From positions 3,453,752 to 3,517,751 of the forward strand of contig OZ246006.1 in assembly GCA_965230505.1 (NCBI GenBank): a stretch of DNA of 64,000 bases, given 5' to 3'. Shown here one piece after another: positions 16,502-27,242 of the stretch. The notes beneath the pieces are model-generated. The model was not told where the DNA came from. It ran no database searches and worked only from the letters and a program-made list of their open reading frames with translations. Source of the stretch: Kangiellaceae bacterium (GTDB taxonomy: Bacteria > Pseudomonadota > Gammaproteobacteria > Enterobacterales > Kangiellaceae). The stretch's first letter is position 1; the number at the start of each line of letters is the position of its first letter. Position numbers and translations under genes: made by a program.

Positions 16502-19282
16502 TCAAAAACTCCAAATAAAACCAAGAGATGGTATTAATGGGAAAGTAGAATTTCCATTAAGTTCAATTGACTGTATAGTACCTTGCTCGGTAAAAATGGG
16601 TTCGACATTATCAAAACCGGAAGAGTTACTTTGATTAAATAAATTCAATACTTCGAAAAAATACTCGAGTCTGCTATTGAGGAGTTTTTTCTGACAACCA
16701 TAACGTAAGTCCGTTCTAAAATAGCTGGGTGATTGTTTCAGATAATTCGATTCGGCGATTAAGTATGGGCGAGTCTGATCAAACGCTTGACCTTCTGGAT
16801 TGATTCTAATGCCAGTTGTTCGCCAGCCACTATGATAACTATTAATCCAGTTAACGCTGCAGCCTGAATCTGTCGAATAGCTACCGATAAAACTTAACGC
16901 GTGGCGTTGCTCCCAAGGACGAGAAACTGGTTGACCGTCTATACTATCCTTCGCTTCACTCAGCGCATAGTGAATGCTCCAATTGAATCGTCCATTTCCT
17001 GATTGCGCTAAGCTCATTTCTAACCCATTGGCTTTGGCACTCTCTGGCCAAACTTGGGCGCGAAGGTCATCCGCTTCATAAAATAGGTTATTTATTCCCA
17101 GTAAATTTTCATAACGGGGGCGTAGATTATTGTAAGACTTGCTATAAAGCCCCCAATCAAATCTTAATGAGTCGGAGAGCTTTTTTGTGTAAGAGAAGTT
17201 TACTTGACTGACTTTTTCAGCATTATTGAAAGCTGATTGGCCATCTTGAATTGCCAGTTGGTGAATCCCCTGTGATTGATGAAATATACCCCACGAAAAG
17301 CGAATATTTGAACCACTTTCGGTTAAGTATTGAAGATTAAGCCGTGGGCTTAATTGAGTATCATTGGTATAACTTTGTTTATCCCAACGAATCCCAGACT
17401 CAATAGATAAACCCTTAGTTAGCTTTAATAAGTGGGAGAGGTATGCGGCAGTTGTATTGCCCTTTGGAGTCAGGTTGTCACTTCTAATTATTAACTCAGG
17501 TTGAGAGTTTATCGGGGAGAAGTAATTGAATAATTGAAACGTAGAGTTGTAGAGGTATTCGGCTTCGAGTTGTTTATATTCCATTCCAGCTTTTAGCAAT
17601 TGGTTCTCCGCCAACTTTATTTGCCAGTCTTGCTTTAGGATATCGAATTTCCAGGTTAATCTATCGTCCACACTATAAAACTCTTCAGCTTGTTCTATTT
17701 GGGAATTTCCAAGAATAAACAGCTGATTTTGTTCAAACCCACTGCGATTATTTTCTAATTCTGCGGTTCCTATTAATAGCTTAGAGCTGATTGCGTCAGA
17801 CCAATCTGTTTTTAAATTTAACCAAAAGTGGCTAGCCAAAGAGTCGGAACTTAAAGCTGTTGCACAGCGGTTTATGCAGGTATCTTTATCAAGGTTAAGT
17901 AAGGTATGAATCGATAGTGTGTTGCTATCTGACAGAACAAATTCTGACTTAGCAAATAGGTCAATATATTCTGGTTGAATATCTTCAGCTTCAACTTCTG
18001 AGGTGGCGGTGACTAACTCAATATACCCTCGTCTAGCTGAAGCAAACCATCGATAGTCTTCATTAAGAAACGTACCGCTGCCTTTGACTTTTGCATCGAG
18101 AAAGTTAGCCCCGATAGCATAAGGTGAGATCGAGTCTCCATCAGCGGACTGAAGTTCGATGATTCCGCTTAAGTGCTCACCATAACTAACCGGCGCACCA
18201 CCAGTAATGATGTTTGCATCCTTGATAGCAAAGGAGTCAATTACTCCAAAGTAACTTCCTAGCCCTTGTAAATGGAACGGATTTTCTAATGGCATACCAT
18301 CCAAGAAATACTTGTTTTCATAGGGCGCGCCCCCGCGAATTCGTAATTCTGCCGACGCATCGCCGCCCGCTATTCCTGGAAAATGAACCGCGGCGCGATT
18401 AACATCATTCGCAAGATGCGAGAGCTCCTCTATCTTTCTTTGATTGAGATGATGATTTTGTGAAGAGTCGAAGTACTCAATGTCGTAACGGCTAGTTGAT
18501 ATCACGATTTCATTAATGGGGACTTGGTGAAGTTTAAATTTCTCCGTATTGCTAAACGTCGGGTTAGAGATTAGATTGGCTTTTGACTTAGCTGCCTGGT
18601 TGGCGTTTGACACCGAATCACGAGGAGTAACGATGAACGAGTCATTTTTATATCCCGGTGCTGAAATAAATAGGCGATATTGCGCGGCACTTAAATTATT
18701 TAAGATGAAGCTACCGTCATTGAAGCTTCGTGCCTTCAATGTGATTTCTAATCTATTTTGCTCGCTCTGGTCGAATATTGGCTTTGCTAAAATAGTAGCA
18801 TTGGGGATTGCGAGTTCAGTCTGTGAGTCAATGATTTTTCCGCGGTACTTATCAACAATAAGGTTTTTAATATCTGTTTTATTAAGTGAACGTATGACGA
18901 TATGTCCACTTTCTAATTGTTCAGGATAAAGTTTAAATTGAATTAACAGATCTTGAATTAGCGCAACACCTTGTTTGCGTTTCGGTTCCGATAGAATAGT
19001 CATAGAGTTTGTTATCAACTCACTGCTATAAATTAAGTTATACCCTTGACGTTTTAATTGTTTAAGGACTTCGTTTAAAGAACGTCCACTAAAAATTGTG
19101 GGTTCCACTCTAGCAGAGTCTGATTCTTCCGAAAGAGATACTGGCAGTTCAATTGGTGGCGTTTTATCTTCTGAGCGAACATGAAGCGTCGAGGAAGCTA
19201 ATAAAGCTGCTACATAAAGGACTATCCTTTTATTGGTCGGTACTCTGTCCATTTTGTTGGCATTCATTAAGAATCTAGGCAT
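16502..19282 (-). CDS. TonB-dependent outer-membrane transducer (FecA-type, with STN signalling domain)
   Basis: 926 aa. N-terminal STN-like domain. Plug and barrel. C-terminal aromatic residue (…IWSF). Confidence 0.75.
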   Translation of the reverse strand: MPRFLMNANKMDRVPTNKRIVLYVAALLASSTLHVRSEDKTPPIELPVSLSEESDSARVEPTIFSGRSLNEVLKQLKRQGYNLIYSSELITNSMTILSEPKRKQGVALIQDLLIQFKLYPEQLESGHIVIRSLNKTDIKNLIVDKYRGKIIDSQTELAIPNATILAKPIFDQSEQNRLEITLKARSFNDGSFILNNLSAAQYRLFISAPGYKNDSFIVTPRDSVSNANQAAKSKANLISNPTFSNTEKFKLHQVPINEIVISTSRYDIEYFDSSQNHHLNQRKIEELSHLANDVNRAAVHFPGIAGGDASAELRIRGGAPYENKYFLDGMPLENPFHLQGLGSYFGVIDSFAIKDANIITGGAPVSYGEHLSGIIELQSADGDSISPYAIGANFLDAKVKGSGTFLNEDYRWFASARRGYIELVTATSEVEAEDIQPEYIDLFAKSEFVLSDSNTLSIHTLLNLDKDTCINRCATALSSDSLASHFWLNLKTDWSDAISSKLLIGTAELENNRSGFEQNQLFILGNSQIEQAEEFYSVDDRLTWKFDILKQDWQIKLAENQLLKAGMEYKQLEAEYLYNSTFQLFNYFSPINSQPELIIRSDNLTPKGNTTAAYLSHLLKLTKGLSIESGIRWDKQSYTNDTQLSPRLNLQYLTESGSNIRFSWGIFHQSQGIHQLAIQDGQSAFNNAEKVSQVNFSYTKKLSDSLRFDWGLYSKSYNNLRPRYENLLGINNLFYEADDLRAQVWPESAKANGLEMSLAQSGNGRFNWSIHYALSEAKDSIDGQPVSRPWEQRHALSFIGSYSTDSGCSVNWINSYHSGWRTTGIRINPEGQAFDQTRPYLIAESNYLKQSPSYFRTDLRYGCQKKLLNSRLEYFFEVLNLFNQSNSSGFDNVEPIFTEQGTIQSIELNGNSTFPLIPSLGFIWSF

Positions 19283-19288
19283 GGATAA

Positions 19289-20344
19289 CTATTCAACTGA
19301 AGACGATTGGTTGACGTTTACAATCAAAGTCTTGCCGTTCAGTTCATACTTTAATCGAGTTGCAGAAAACACTACTTTAAGTGCTTGTTCGAGATCCAAT
19401 GATTCTATATCGCCATGCAGAAGGATGTTCCTGCTTTGTTGCTCCGTGTCCCGAGTAAATTCAATTTTTAATGCATATTCTCGACTGACCCAAAGTAAAT
19501 ATTGATGAAGTGACTTTCCCTCTAATTCAAACTGTGGTGCAAGTGCATGGATCCATTTCCAACTACTATCATTGGCATCTATGGTATTGGTTTGAGAGCT
19601 ACCTGATGGAAGTGTTGTTAATTGGTAACCTGATTGCAATGTTTGACTGCCATAATTGGAGTTGAAGTTAATACTACCTTCTCTAACTCGAATGCTAAGA
19701 GCATTAGATTGACTCTGCACTTCAAACTGGGTTCCGGTATTTTTTATAGTCCCATGTGCAGTGGTAATTTCTATTTGGCTGTGTTTGGCTTTCTTAGAGG
19801 ATTCGAAATAAATCCGACCCGACTGCAGCAATAAACGATTAGCATCGTTAAACGTTACTTGGCTATTACTATCAAGCCTAAGGTTACCAATTGTGGGAAG
19901 TAAAACAGTCGCACTTCCAGAGGCCGTTGTTGTAATACTGCTACCCGAAATCAGTCGCGAACCGGGCCGGGCTGCTATCTGTTCTTGCTGATTAGAAAAG
20001 AGCGCAATATCGCCGTGTACTTGCTCGAGTAGAATTGCTTGAGTTGTATTGTCATCGCTAAACAGTAATCCCCATAATGATAAAAACAAAATACTTGCAG
20101 CTAACGCCATTGGGGTTTTGTGATTCCAGATATTCGGTTGTTGTGTTGCAGTACTTTTCTTCCAGTGAGAATGTAGCTCTTTCCTAATCCGAGCTTTACT
20201 GGTTTCAGATGCCATTTCTCTGACATCTGCATGTTTAAGAATGTCATCAATAGCGATGTTTTTAGCCTTGTCGAGTTTGTCTGCCTCTGACTGAGGCCCG
20301 CTTGTCTCTGTCTCGAGCGTTGTTGGCTTTTTAGTCAAACTCAT
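19289..20344 (-). CDS. FecR-family anti-sigma/transmembrane sensor
   Basis: Position between the ECF sigma and the TonB transducer. Single TM. FecR-like periplasmic region. Confidence 0.7.
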   Translation of the reverse strand: MSLTKKPTTLETETSGPQSEADKLDKAKNIAIDDILKHADVREMASETSKARIRKELHSHWKKSTATQQPNIWNHKTPMALAASILFLSLWGLLFSDDNTTQAILLEQVHGDIALFSNQQEQIAARPGSRLISGSSITTTASGSATVLLPTIGNLRLDSNSQVTFNDANRLLLQSGRIYFESSKKAKHSQIEITTAHGTIKNTGTQFEVQSQSNALSIRVREGSINFNSNYGSQTLQSGYQLTTLPSGSSQTNTIDANDSSWKWIHALAPQFELEGKSLHQYLLWVSREYALKIEFTRDTEQQSRNILLHGDIESLDLEQALKVVFSATRLKYELNGKTLIVNVNQSSSVE

Positions 20345-20946
20345 TGTTGATCTGCCTCGGTTTGGTGAGCTTCAAAAAGACTAAGGAAAATATCTTCAAA
20401 TACCGGCCTAGCGCGAGAGAGCATTGATTCAATGCTTTTAGCACTGGTTTGCATATGTTGTGCAATCTCTTTCACGGATAACCCTTGTATATATTTTTTC
20501 TCGATGACAAATGCATACTTTGTCGGAATGCTATCGAGAGTCAGATGCACAAATTTATTTAGTTCTTGCTGCAAATAGCTATTTTCTGGCTCCTGTTGCA
20601 GCGAAATGCACAAAGATTCCATTTCCGCCTTGAATTGAGGATTATCATCAATTAAGACCGGCTGCCGATTAGATTTACGATAGAAGGCGCTAAGTTCATA
20701 GCGGCAGAATGTGCATAACCATGAGTAGAGTGGTGCCTCAGCGCGATAGCTGGTTAATTTGTCGATAGCTTTACATAACGCCGATTGCACAATATCTTCG
20801 GCTAAATCAGATTGTCCACTACAACGAACCAGCACAAACCGATAGAGCCGATCAAAATACTCTTGATAGAATTGATCGAAGGCTGCCTCGTCTCCTTTAA
20901 GAAGCTTCTTAACTAGCTGTTTGTCGTGATTTGGCTTGCCAAACAT
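20341..20946 (-). CDS. ECF RNA polymerase sigma factor (FecI-like)
   Basis: Sigma-70 regions 2 and 4. 4-bp overlap with the FecR-like gene. Confidence 0.85.
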   Translation of the reverse strand: MFGKPNHDKQLVKKLLKGDEAAFDQFYQEYFDRLYRFVLVRCSGQSDLAEDIVQSALCKAIDKLTSYRAEAPLYSWLCTFCRYELSAFYRKSNRQPVLIDDNPQFKAEMESLCISLQQEPENSYLQQELNKFVHLTLDSIPTKYAFVIEKKYIQGLSVKEIAQHMQTSAKSIESMLSRARPVFEDIFLSLFEAHQTEADQQ

Positions 20947-21297
20947 TACGTTTGTTCTCTATATCCTTGGCGATGGTTAACAGTAAGAGTCCTTCGTTTC
21001 TATAATCCTTCGAAAATAGTTAAATAATTAACCTGCAGTCACCGAAAGACTAAGTTAATCAATTTATGGGCATAAATATTACTTGAGAAATATGGCTTGA
21101 ACAAATGAGGCCAACGTTGATTTATTTGTCTGATGAGTAATTGATTAATGTGACAGATTAATTTAGGCTCTAACTGTTTGAGATTATGGAATATTATGGA
21201 TGTTAAAACGTTGTATTTTATCAGCATTCTCTGCTTGACTATCAACCGCTAAGAAAGCACATAATATTTACTATTGAATTAAAAAGGATATTAAATT

Positions 21298-21723
21298 ATG
21301 AATAAACCAAATGGTGCGGGTGGCACAAATGGCGGCATAGGACGCTATCTAATAGGATTAGCCTTAATGTGCGTTGGTGGATACTTATTTCTTAACAAAG
21401 TGATGGTGTCTACTGGGGCTTTTTCTCGTGGTTTTGGTATGGGGACTCACCTGTACAGTATGGGAGGTGGCTTTGCCGTTACCGGTGGAATGATTTTAAT
21501 CCCATTCTTTATTGGTATTTTTATGATTTTTTGGAATAGCAAGAATATTTTTGGTTGGTTGTTGAGTGGTCTAAGTGTACTGGCGCTAATTGCAGGAATT
21601 ATTGTAAATATAAGAATGACCATCATGCCTATGACGGCTTTTGATATCCTTGTCATAATTGTTCTGATGGCGGGTGGCGCCGGAATGTTCTTTAGTTCGT
21701 TACGTAATTTTGACTCGAACTAA
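21298..21723 (+). CDS. Small integral membrane protein
   Basis: Four hydrophobic helices, glycine-rich. Confidence 0.5.
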   Translation: MNKPNGAGGTNGGIGRYLIGLALMCVGGYLFLNKVMVSTGAFSRGFGMGTHLYSMGGGFAVTGGMILIPFFIGIFMIFWNSKNIFGWLLSGLSVLALIAGIIVNIRMTIMPMTAFDILVIIVLMAGGAGMFFSSLRNFDSN

Positions 21724-21748
21724 ATCTTAGAATCGGAAGAATTAATCC

Positions 21749-22429
21749 TTGAGTTTACGCACTTTTATTCGATCAAAGCGATTTTTTGATATATCAACAA
21801 CGATCCTAATTCTTTTAGCGGTATTTTTTTTATGGAATACCTTGGTGACTTATCCACTCAAAATTTTAGTGGTATTCTTCCATGAATCATCTCATGGATT
21901 AGCAACGCTGCTTACCGGTGGAAAAATACTGGCGTTTGAATTAGTTCCTCAAGCGGGAGGTCATGTCGTCTCTGCTGGCGGCAATCGATTTATAACACTG
22001 ACGGCTGGATATTTGGGTTCGCTGTTGTGGGGAGTCGCTATTTTTTATATTGCGGTTTCCTCCAATAAGGATCGCCTTATGATGGGGGGATTAGGGGTAT
22101 TGTTACTGGTTATCACTTTATTATTTGCCAGTAATTCATTTGCAATGTTATTCGGTGTTTCAACCGGTGTTGCAATGTTAGTCTCATCAAAATACTTATC
22201 AATTAAAGTTAATGATTTCTTACTCAGAGTAATCGGCTTAACAAGCATGATGTATGTACCGTTGGATATTTATAGTGATACTATTCAGCGTTCTTACTTG
22301 CCATCTGATGCGTTTATGTTGGCGCAGGAGTTTGGAGGCACCACTTTGTTATGGGGTGGCGTTTGGTTAATGTTGAGTATTTTTACGATATTCTATAGTT
22401 TAAGAAGATTGTTTCGAGCAAAGAAATAA
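21749..22429 (+). CDS. Integral membrane protein with HExxH motif (M50-like?)
   Basis: FHESSHG inside a TM segment. Polytopic. Confidence 0.45.
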   Translation: MSLRTFIRSKRFFDISTTILILLAVFFLWNTLVTYPLKILVVFFHESSHGLATLLTGGKILAFELVPQAGGHVVSAGGNRFITLTAGYLGSLLWGVAIFYIAVSSNKDRLMMGGLGVLLLVITLLFASNSFAMLFGVSTGVAMLVSSKYLSIKVNDFLLRVIGLTSMMYVPLDIYSDTIQRSYLPSDAFMLAQEFGGTTLLWGGVWLMLSIFTIFYSLRRLFRAKK

Positions 22430-23098
22430 GTGGTCATTGAAATCGCATTGGCTCCATCTAATTCTTTTTAGAAGAGCTTGATTTTCTTTGCTTTTGCAAT
22501 TAGACTTCTCGCGACTTACAAATATAGTCATCCATTCATCTAACGCAAAGGAGAAAAAACTATGTTTTATAATCAAATCTTTTGCTGGGTTTTCTTCGAG
22601 TCTTAACACTCTTCTTATTGGCTTGTGTATTAATCGAAAATAAGCCAGCAAAAAACACAACCGTAAGTCTTATAGCTAATAATTAGCCGTTATTGTATCG
22701 CTTTGAATTCATTGCGAGGCTTTGTGCTGTTTGAAAGCTATTCACTAGTTAATAAAAGATTCAATCTAACCTTGTAGGCCAAAGCCCAAAGGTTTGGAGG
22801 TGCATCATGCGTTTTAATAAATCAAATCAACATTTCTTTTTTCGAAAGGACTAGTAAACGTCGAAAAGGATTCCCTTCTGAAACTCAAGTTAAACGTGGC
22901 TATCGAGTGGTACACGGAAACAAAGAGCTATGTGAAAAACTAGGTAGGAATGATCCATGCCCATGTTTATCGGGTCGAAGATTTCAAGCAGTGTTGTTTG
23001 AGCTCTGGCCGATATGATGGTGCGGTTCGAGACTATTATTATAGGGAATAAACCAAGCTAACTAAAAAAACGCGGTACAAAAAGTACTGCGTGCCCGT

Positions 23099-23830
23099 TT
23101 GTGGAAAAAGGAAAATATTATGAGACCAACATACAATAGAAAAACCTCACCCAAGGTTATTGGTGGGCATGTACAAAGAAAGAATAACTATACTAAAACT
23201 GCAAGACTAGGCTATGTAATTGATAGAGTTCGGCCGAATAGAGGGTATATTCATGTCGTTAGCAAAAAAGAAATTCACGACTTTACGGATATTATTCCAG
23301 ATTGGGAAAAAGTTTCCGAAGGTATAGAGTCGATATTTCTAGATCAAGAGGACGAATATACTGATGGATATTATAGGCACTTTGAAAATGAAGGAACCGG
23401 TGTAATTTGGCTCTGCGCATGGCCGAAAGATCTTTGGGTAGAACATAGCGAGTCTTATTATCAGGAGCACAAATGGATCCTCGATATTCTAGGCGTAGTT
23501 TGCGAGAAGGGCGAAAAACAGCGAGAGATTGAAACCTCTAAAGAAAGAGGTGCTGAAGAAAGTAATACTGATGAAAGTAACATCGAAGAACATCAGATAG
23601 AGCCCGAATTTATTTGGACATGCTATTTTACTCTTCAGCAAGCAAAGGCATTTACCTTGATGCATATTTTTCTTCACGAACTTGGTCATCATGTTGATAA
23701 GCTAAGAAGTAAGAAGAAAAATATTATCAGAGGAGGGGAGCCGTTTGCGGAAAACTACGCTAATAGACGTTTTTATGAACTGTGGAGCAGTTACATCAAG
23801 TTATTTGGAAATCCTAATTTGTCCACATAA
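23099..23830 (+). CDS. Hypothetical protein with C-terminal HELGHH zinc-hydrolase-like motif
   Basis: 243 aa. No family recognised beyond the HExxH motif. Confidence 0.45.
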   Translation: MWKKENIMRPTYNRKTSPKVIGGHVQRKNNYTKTARLGYVIDRVRPNRGYIHVVSKKEIHDFTDIIPDWEKVSEGIESIFLDQEDEYTDGYYRHFENEGTGVIWLCAWPKDLWVEHSESYYQEHKWILDILGVVCEKGEKQREIETSKERGAEESNTDESNIEEHQIEPEFIWTCYFTLQQAKAFTLMHIFLHELGHHVDKLRSKKKNIIRGGEPFAENYANRRFYELWSSYIKLFGNPNLST

Positions 23831-24174
23831 GATCTGAGGAAGGTCTCTGAAAGCCTATCTTAATGGATAGGTTTTCAGAGTAATCAAAATTAATCTGTGC
23901 AAATTTTGCAGTTGCAATTATGTAATCGATTGATTAAACTTCGCGCCAACTTGACGTTAGTCATATTTTCTATCACACGTAAACAACCGCAAAGGAGATT
24001 AAAAAATGAATTTAAATAATATCTTTTGCAGGTCACTTCAAAAGTAATTTCGGTTTTAATCAAGCTTTTTCTGCTTACCCATAAAGCCTAAAATATTCTT
24101 ATAATTAGGCCTGCTCATTCCAATAATAGTTTTTAAACTATTAATTTTATAGCTATTAATTTAGGGATTGAACT

Positions 24175-25344
24175 ATGGGCAATCACAATGGATTTAATAT
24201 CCAAACATTGTCTGCGAGCGTTAATTTAATCGCCAATGCAGACACTTGGATCGAAGGTAAAGCGATCCAACAATTACAAAAAACAGCAGAGTTAGAAGGG
24301 GTTGTTAAGGCAGCAGGTATGCCGGATCTACATCCAGGAAGAGGTTATCCAATTGGCGCTGCTTTTTTAACGAAAAACAAAATTTACCCCGCTCTTATCG
24401 GGAATGATATAGGCTGCGGTATGACTTTATGGGCCACTGATATTAAAGTTAGAAAGGTGAACCTTGATAAATTTGAGAAGCGTCTTGAAAGTATTGATGA
24501 GCCGTTAACTGCAGACTGGCAAGACTATATCTCTGAAAGATATCGAAATAAAGCGTTATCTTCCAGCGGGTTTGAAAGAGCGCTCGGGACAATAGGAGGA
24601 GGGAATCATTTTGCTGAGCTACAGCGGCTTGATCAAGTCATTGATGAAGCGATTGTTAGTGAACTAGAAATTGATAAGAAGCATTTAGTCTTGTTAGTTC
24701 ACAGTGGCTCTAGAGGATTAGGCGAGCGTATTTTAAGAGCACATGTTGATAGTTTTGGTCATGCAGGCTTAGCGACTAATAGCGATGAATGTAATCAATA
24801 CATTGAACAGCACAACATGGCGATTAAGTTTGCGGAAATTAATCGTGAGTTAATCGCAAAGCGAATGCTTGATAATTTGCATGCCAAAGGAAAGGTGCTT
24901 TTGGATGTCAATCATAACTTAGTGACTGAAAAAATGATCGATAATCAATCGCACTGGATCCACCGCAAGGGAGCGACCCCTGCTGATTGTGGCTTAGTGA
25001 TGATGCCAGGTTCGAGAGGGGATTATAGTTACTTAGTGCACCCGAATGTTGATGCAGAGCTTGGATTTGAAAGTCTCTATTCGCTAGCGCATGGCGCAGG
25101 ACGTAAATGGATGCGGACTGAATGCAAAGATCGATTGTCAAAACGGTATCGACAATCGGACTTAGAAAGAACCGCACTAGGTAGTCGTGTTATTTGTAAG
25201 AATAAGGCACTGATTTTTGAAGAAGCACCTGAGGCTTACAAGCCAATATCATCAGTGATAGCGGCTATGCAGGAAGCGGGCTTGATTAAATTGGTGGCAC
25301 GATTTAAACCTGTTTTAACGTATAAAACAAGCGGAGGCTGCTAA
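24175..25344 (+). CDS. rtcB: RtcB-family RNA ligase, release-factor-H-coupled type (RtcB2)
   Basis: Metal/GTP-site motifs DLHPGRG, GCGM, GGGNHF, HSGSRGLG, HGAGR. Stop overlaps the prfH start. Confidence 0.9.
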   Translation: MGNHNGFNIQTLSASVNLIANADTWIEGKAIQQLQKTAELEGVVKAAGMPDLHPGRGYPIGAAFLTKNKIYPALIGNDIGCGMTLWATDIKVRKVNLDKFEKRLESIDEPLTADWQDYISERYRNKALSSSGFERALGTIGGGNHFAELQRLDQVIDEAIVSELEIDKKHLVLLVHSGSRGLGERILRAHVDSFGHAGLATNSDECNQYIEQHNMAIKFAEINRELIAKRMLDNLHAKGKVLLDVNHNLVTEKMIDNQSHWIHRKGATPADCGLVMMPGSRGDYSYLVHPNVDAELGFESLYSLAHGAGRKWMRTECKDRLSKRYRQSDLERTALGSRVICKNKALIFEEAPEAYKPISSVIAAMQEAGLIKLVARFKPVLTYKTSGGC

Positions 25345-25988
25345 TGATTTTATTACAACTATCCGCTGGGCAAGGTCCTGCTGAGTGTTGCCTAGCAGTT
25401 GCCAAAGCCATGGTTTTATTAGAGAAAGAAGCAAAGAAGTTGGATGTTATTCTTAGTCTGGTAGAAGAGGTTAATGGCCTCGAACGAAGGACTACTAAGT
25501 CGGCATTATATCGCTTAGAGGGAAAGGCATCATCAGAGCTAGCGCAAAAATGGAGTGGAACAATGCAATGGGTTTGTCAAAGTCCTTATAGGCCAAAACA
25601 TAAAAGAAAGAACTGGTTCTTTACGGGTAGTTATAGTGAACATGCCGAGATGAATTTCTCTAAAGCGATCACCTATGAAGCTTGTCGCTCTTCTGGACCG
25701 GGTGGGCAACATGCTAACAAGACAAGTTCAGCTGTGCGAGCGACTCATCTTGATTCGGGTATTTCTGTCAAAGTTCAATCAGAACGCAGTCAGCATATGA
25801 ACAAGCGATTGGCGAAAGCTTTGATTGAAGTGAAATTGGCTGAAAGCCAAAGAGATTCGGAACAGATAGAAAAAGGCAATAGACATAAGTCTCATCATTC
25901 GATTGAGAGAGGAAATGCAATTAGAGTCTTTAAAGGACCCGATTTTCTAACTGTAGTCACTGATGAGGAACAACGAAATGAGGTATAG
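25344..25988 (+). CDS. prfH: Peptide chain release factor H
   Basis: MILLQLSAGQGPAECC N-terminus and SGPGGQHANKTSSAVRATHL GGQ motif. Close to E. coli PrfH. Confidence 0.9.
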   Translation: MILLQLSAGQGPAECCLAVAKAMVLLEKEAKKLDVILSLVEEVNGLERRTTKSALYRLEGKASSELAQKWSGTMQWVCQSPYRPKHKRKNWFFTGSYSEHAEMNFSKAITYEACRSSGPGGQHANKTSSAVRATHLDSGISVKVQSERSQHMNKRLAKALIEVKLAESQRDSEQIEKGNRHKSHHSIERGNAIRVFKGPDFLTVVTDEEQRNEV

Positions 25989-26358
25989 AAGAGTGACTCC
26001 TCAAGAAAAAAAGATTAGGGATTACCTATACCAAACGACTAATTGTTATGGGTATAACGACAAAAACTCTAGAATTGCTATTCGAAAGAATAAAGCATCG
26101 AACTCGCGTACTTATCGAAGAAAGGTTCAAGGTGAGTTAGGGAGAGTTTTTGATGATCTTGACATGGTCGAACATCAAATAGCATGTATTAGGAGGGGGA
26201 ATTGGAAAAAATTTCCTGACGAGTGTTTATTAAAGTCATTTGAACATAAGTGGTCTGATAACAGTCGTACTTGTCATCTTGAAGATGATAAACGAACACT
26301 ACAAAATGAAGCGTTAAAACGGCTTAATAAGATTAAGACTCGTGAGTATTGGTATTAA
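25963..26358 (+). CDS. Hypothetical basic 131-aa protein
   Basis: ORF overlaps the prfH 3' end by 26 nt. Lys/Arg-rich. No family recognised. Confidence 0.35.
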   Translation: MRNNEMRYRRVTPQEKKIRDYLYQTTNCYGYNDKNSRIAIRKNKASNSRTYRRKVQGELGRVFDDLDMVEHQIACIRRGNWKKFPDECLLKSFEHKWSDNSRTCHLEDDKRTLQNEALKRLNKIKTREYWY

Positions 26359-26528
26359 TTTTTTAAACTACTGTTATAGCTTTTTGGATAACGAATAAAA
26401 CAGGAGAATGAAAGTAGTACTTTCAGCAATGAGTATGTAATACCTAGCAAAACAACAATAAGGAAGTATAAGGGACTCTACTTCAATTAAGAAGAGTCTG
26501 TCACAATGCATTTAAAAGGAGTAGGACT

Positions 26529-27242
26529 ATGAATACTCAAGTGAAAAATAGGCGATTTAAATATCCGAGGACCATGCATTTACCATGGTCTCCGGGATTT
26601 ACAGACGATGATGTAAAAGGAGCAAGTTCAGAAATCTTTAATGGTCGAGAGGTTGTCATCACGGAAAAAATGGACGGTGAGAATACGACGTTATATAACG
26701 ATCATACTCATGCTCGTTCAATCGATAGTCGTCATCACCCATCTAGAGATTGGCTAAAGCGATGGCATGCAGAGTTCGCACATGAAATTCCATCCGGTTG
26801 GAGAATTTGCGGAGAGAATCTTTATGCGCAGCATTCAATTGTTTATGACAAGTTAGAAAGTTATTTTTATGGCTTCTCGATATGGAATGACAAAAATTAT
26901 TGCCTTAGTTGGGATGAAACCTTGGATTGGTTTCGTTTGCTCGAAATTACAACGCCAAAGGTGATCTATCGAGGGCTTTGGGATGAAAAACTTGTCCGTA
27001 GCATCAAGTTAGATACAGATGTCGTAGAAGGTTATGTTGTGCGGCTAGCCGAGCAATTTGATTTTGATAGTTTTAACTCTAGCGTTGCCAAATGGGTAAG
27101 AAAAGGACATGTACAAACGGATAAACACTGGATGCATGCAGAGCTGAAGCTAAATGGTTTAGCTGAAGTTAAATTCGAACACCAACTTGAGCCGTATAAA
27201 GCGACAATAGAAAATAAGGAGGTATCGAATGAAACCAAATAA
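26529..27242 (+). CDS. ATP-dependent RNA ligase (RNA_ligase/Rnl-type nucleotidyltransferase)
   Basis: YPRTMHLPWSPG N-terminal motif and KMDGEN (KxDG lysine-adenylylation motif I). Confidence 0.7.
   Translation: MNTQVKNRRFKYPRTMHLPWSPGFTDDDVKGASSEIFNGREVVITEKMDGENTTLYNDHTHARSIDSRHHPSRDWLKRWHAEFAHEIPSGWRICGENLYAQHSIVYDKLESYFYGFSIWNDKNYCLSWDETLDWFRLLEITTPKVIYRGLWDEKLVRSIKLDTDVVEGYVVRLAEQFDFDSFNSSVAKWVRKGHVQTDKHWMHAELKLNGLAEVKFEHQLEPYKATIENKEVSNETK

Noticed and set aside
18549-18929. Antisense ORFs inside the TonB-receptor, acyl-CoA ligase and CitE genes (for example 18549-18929, 44821-45432)
   Set aside because: They are nested opposite well-supported long genes. No independent evidence supports them.
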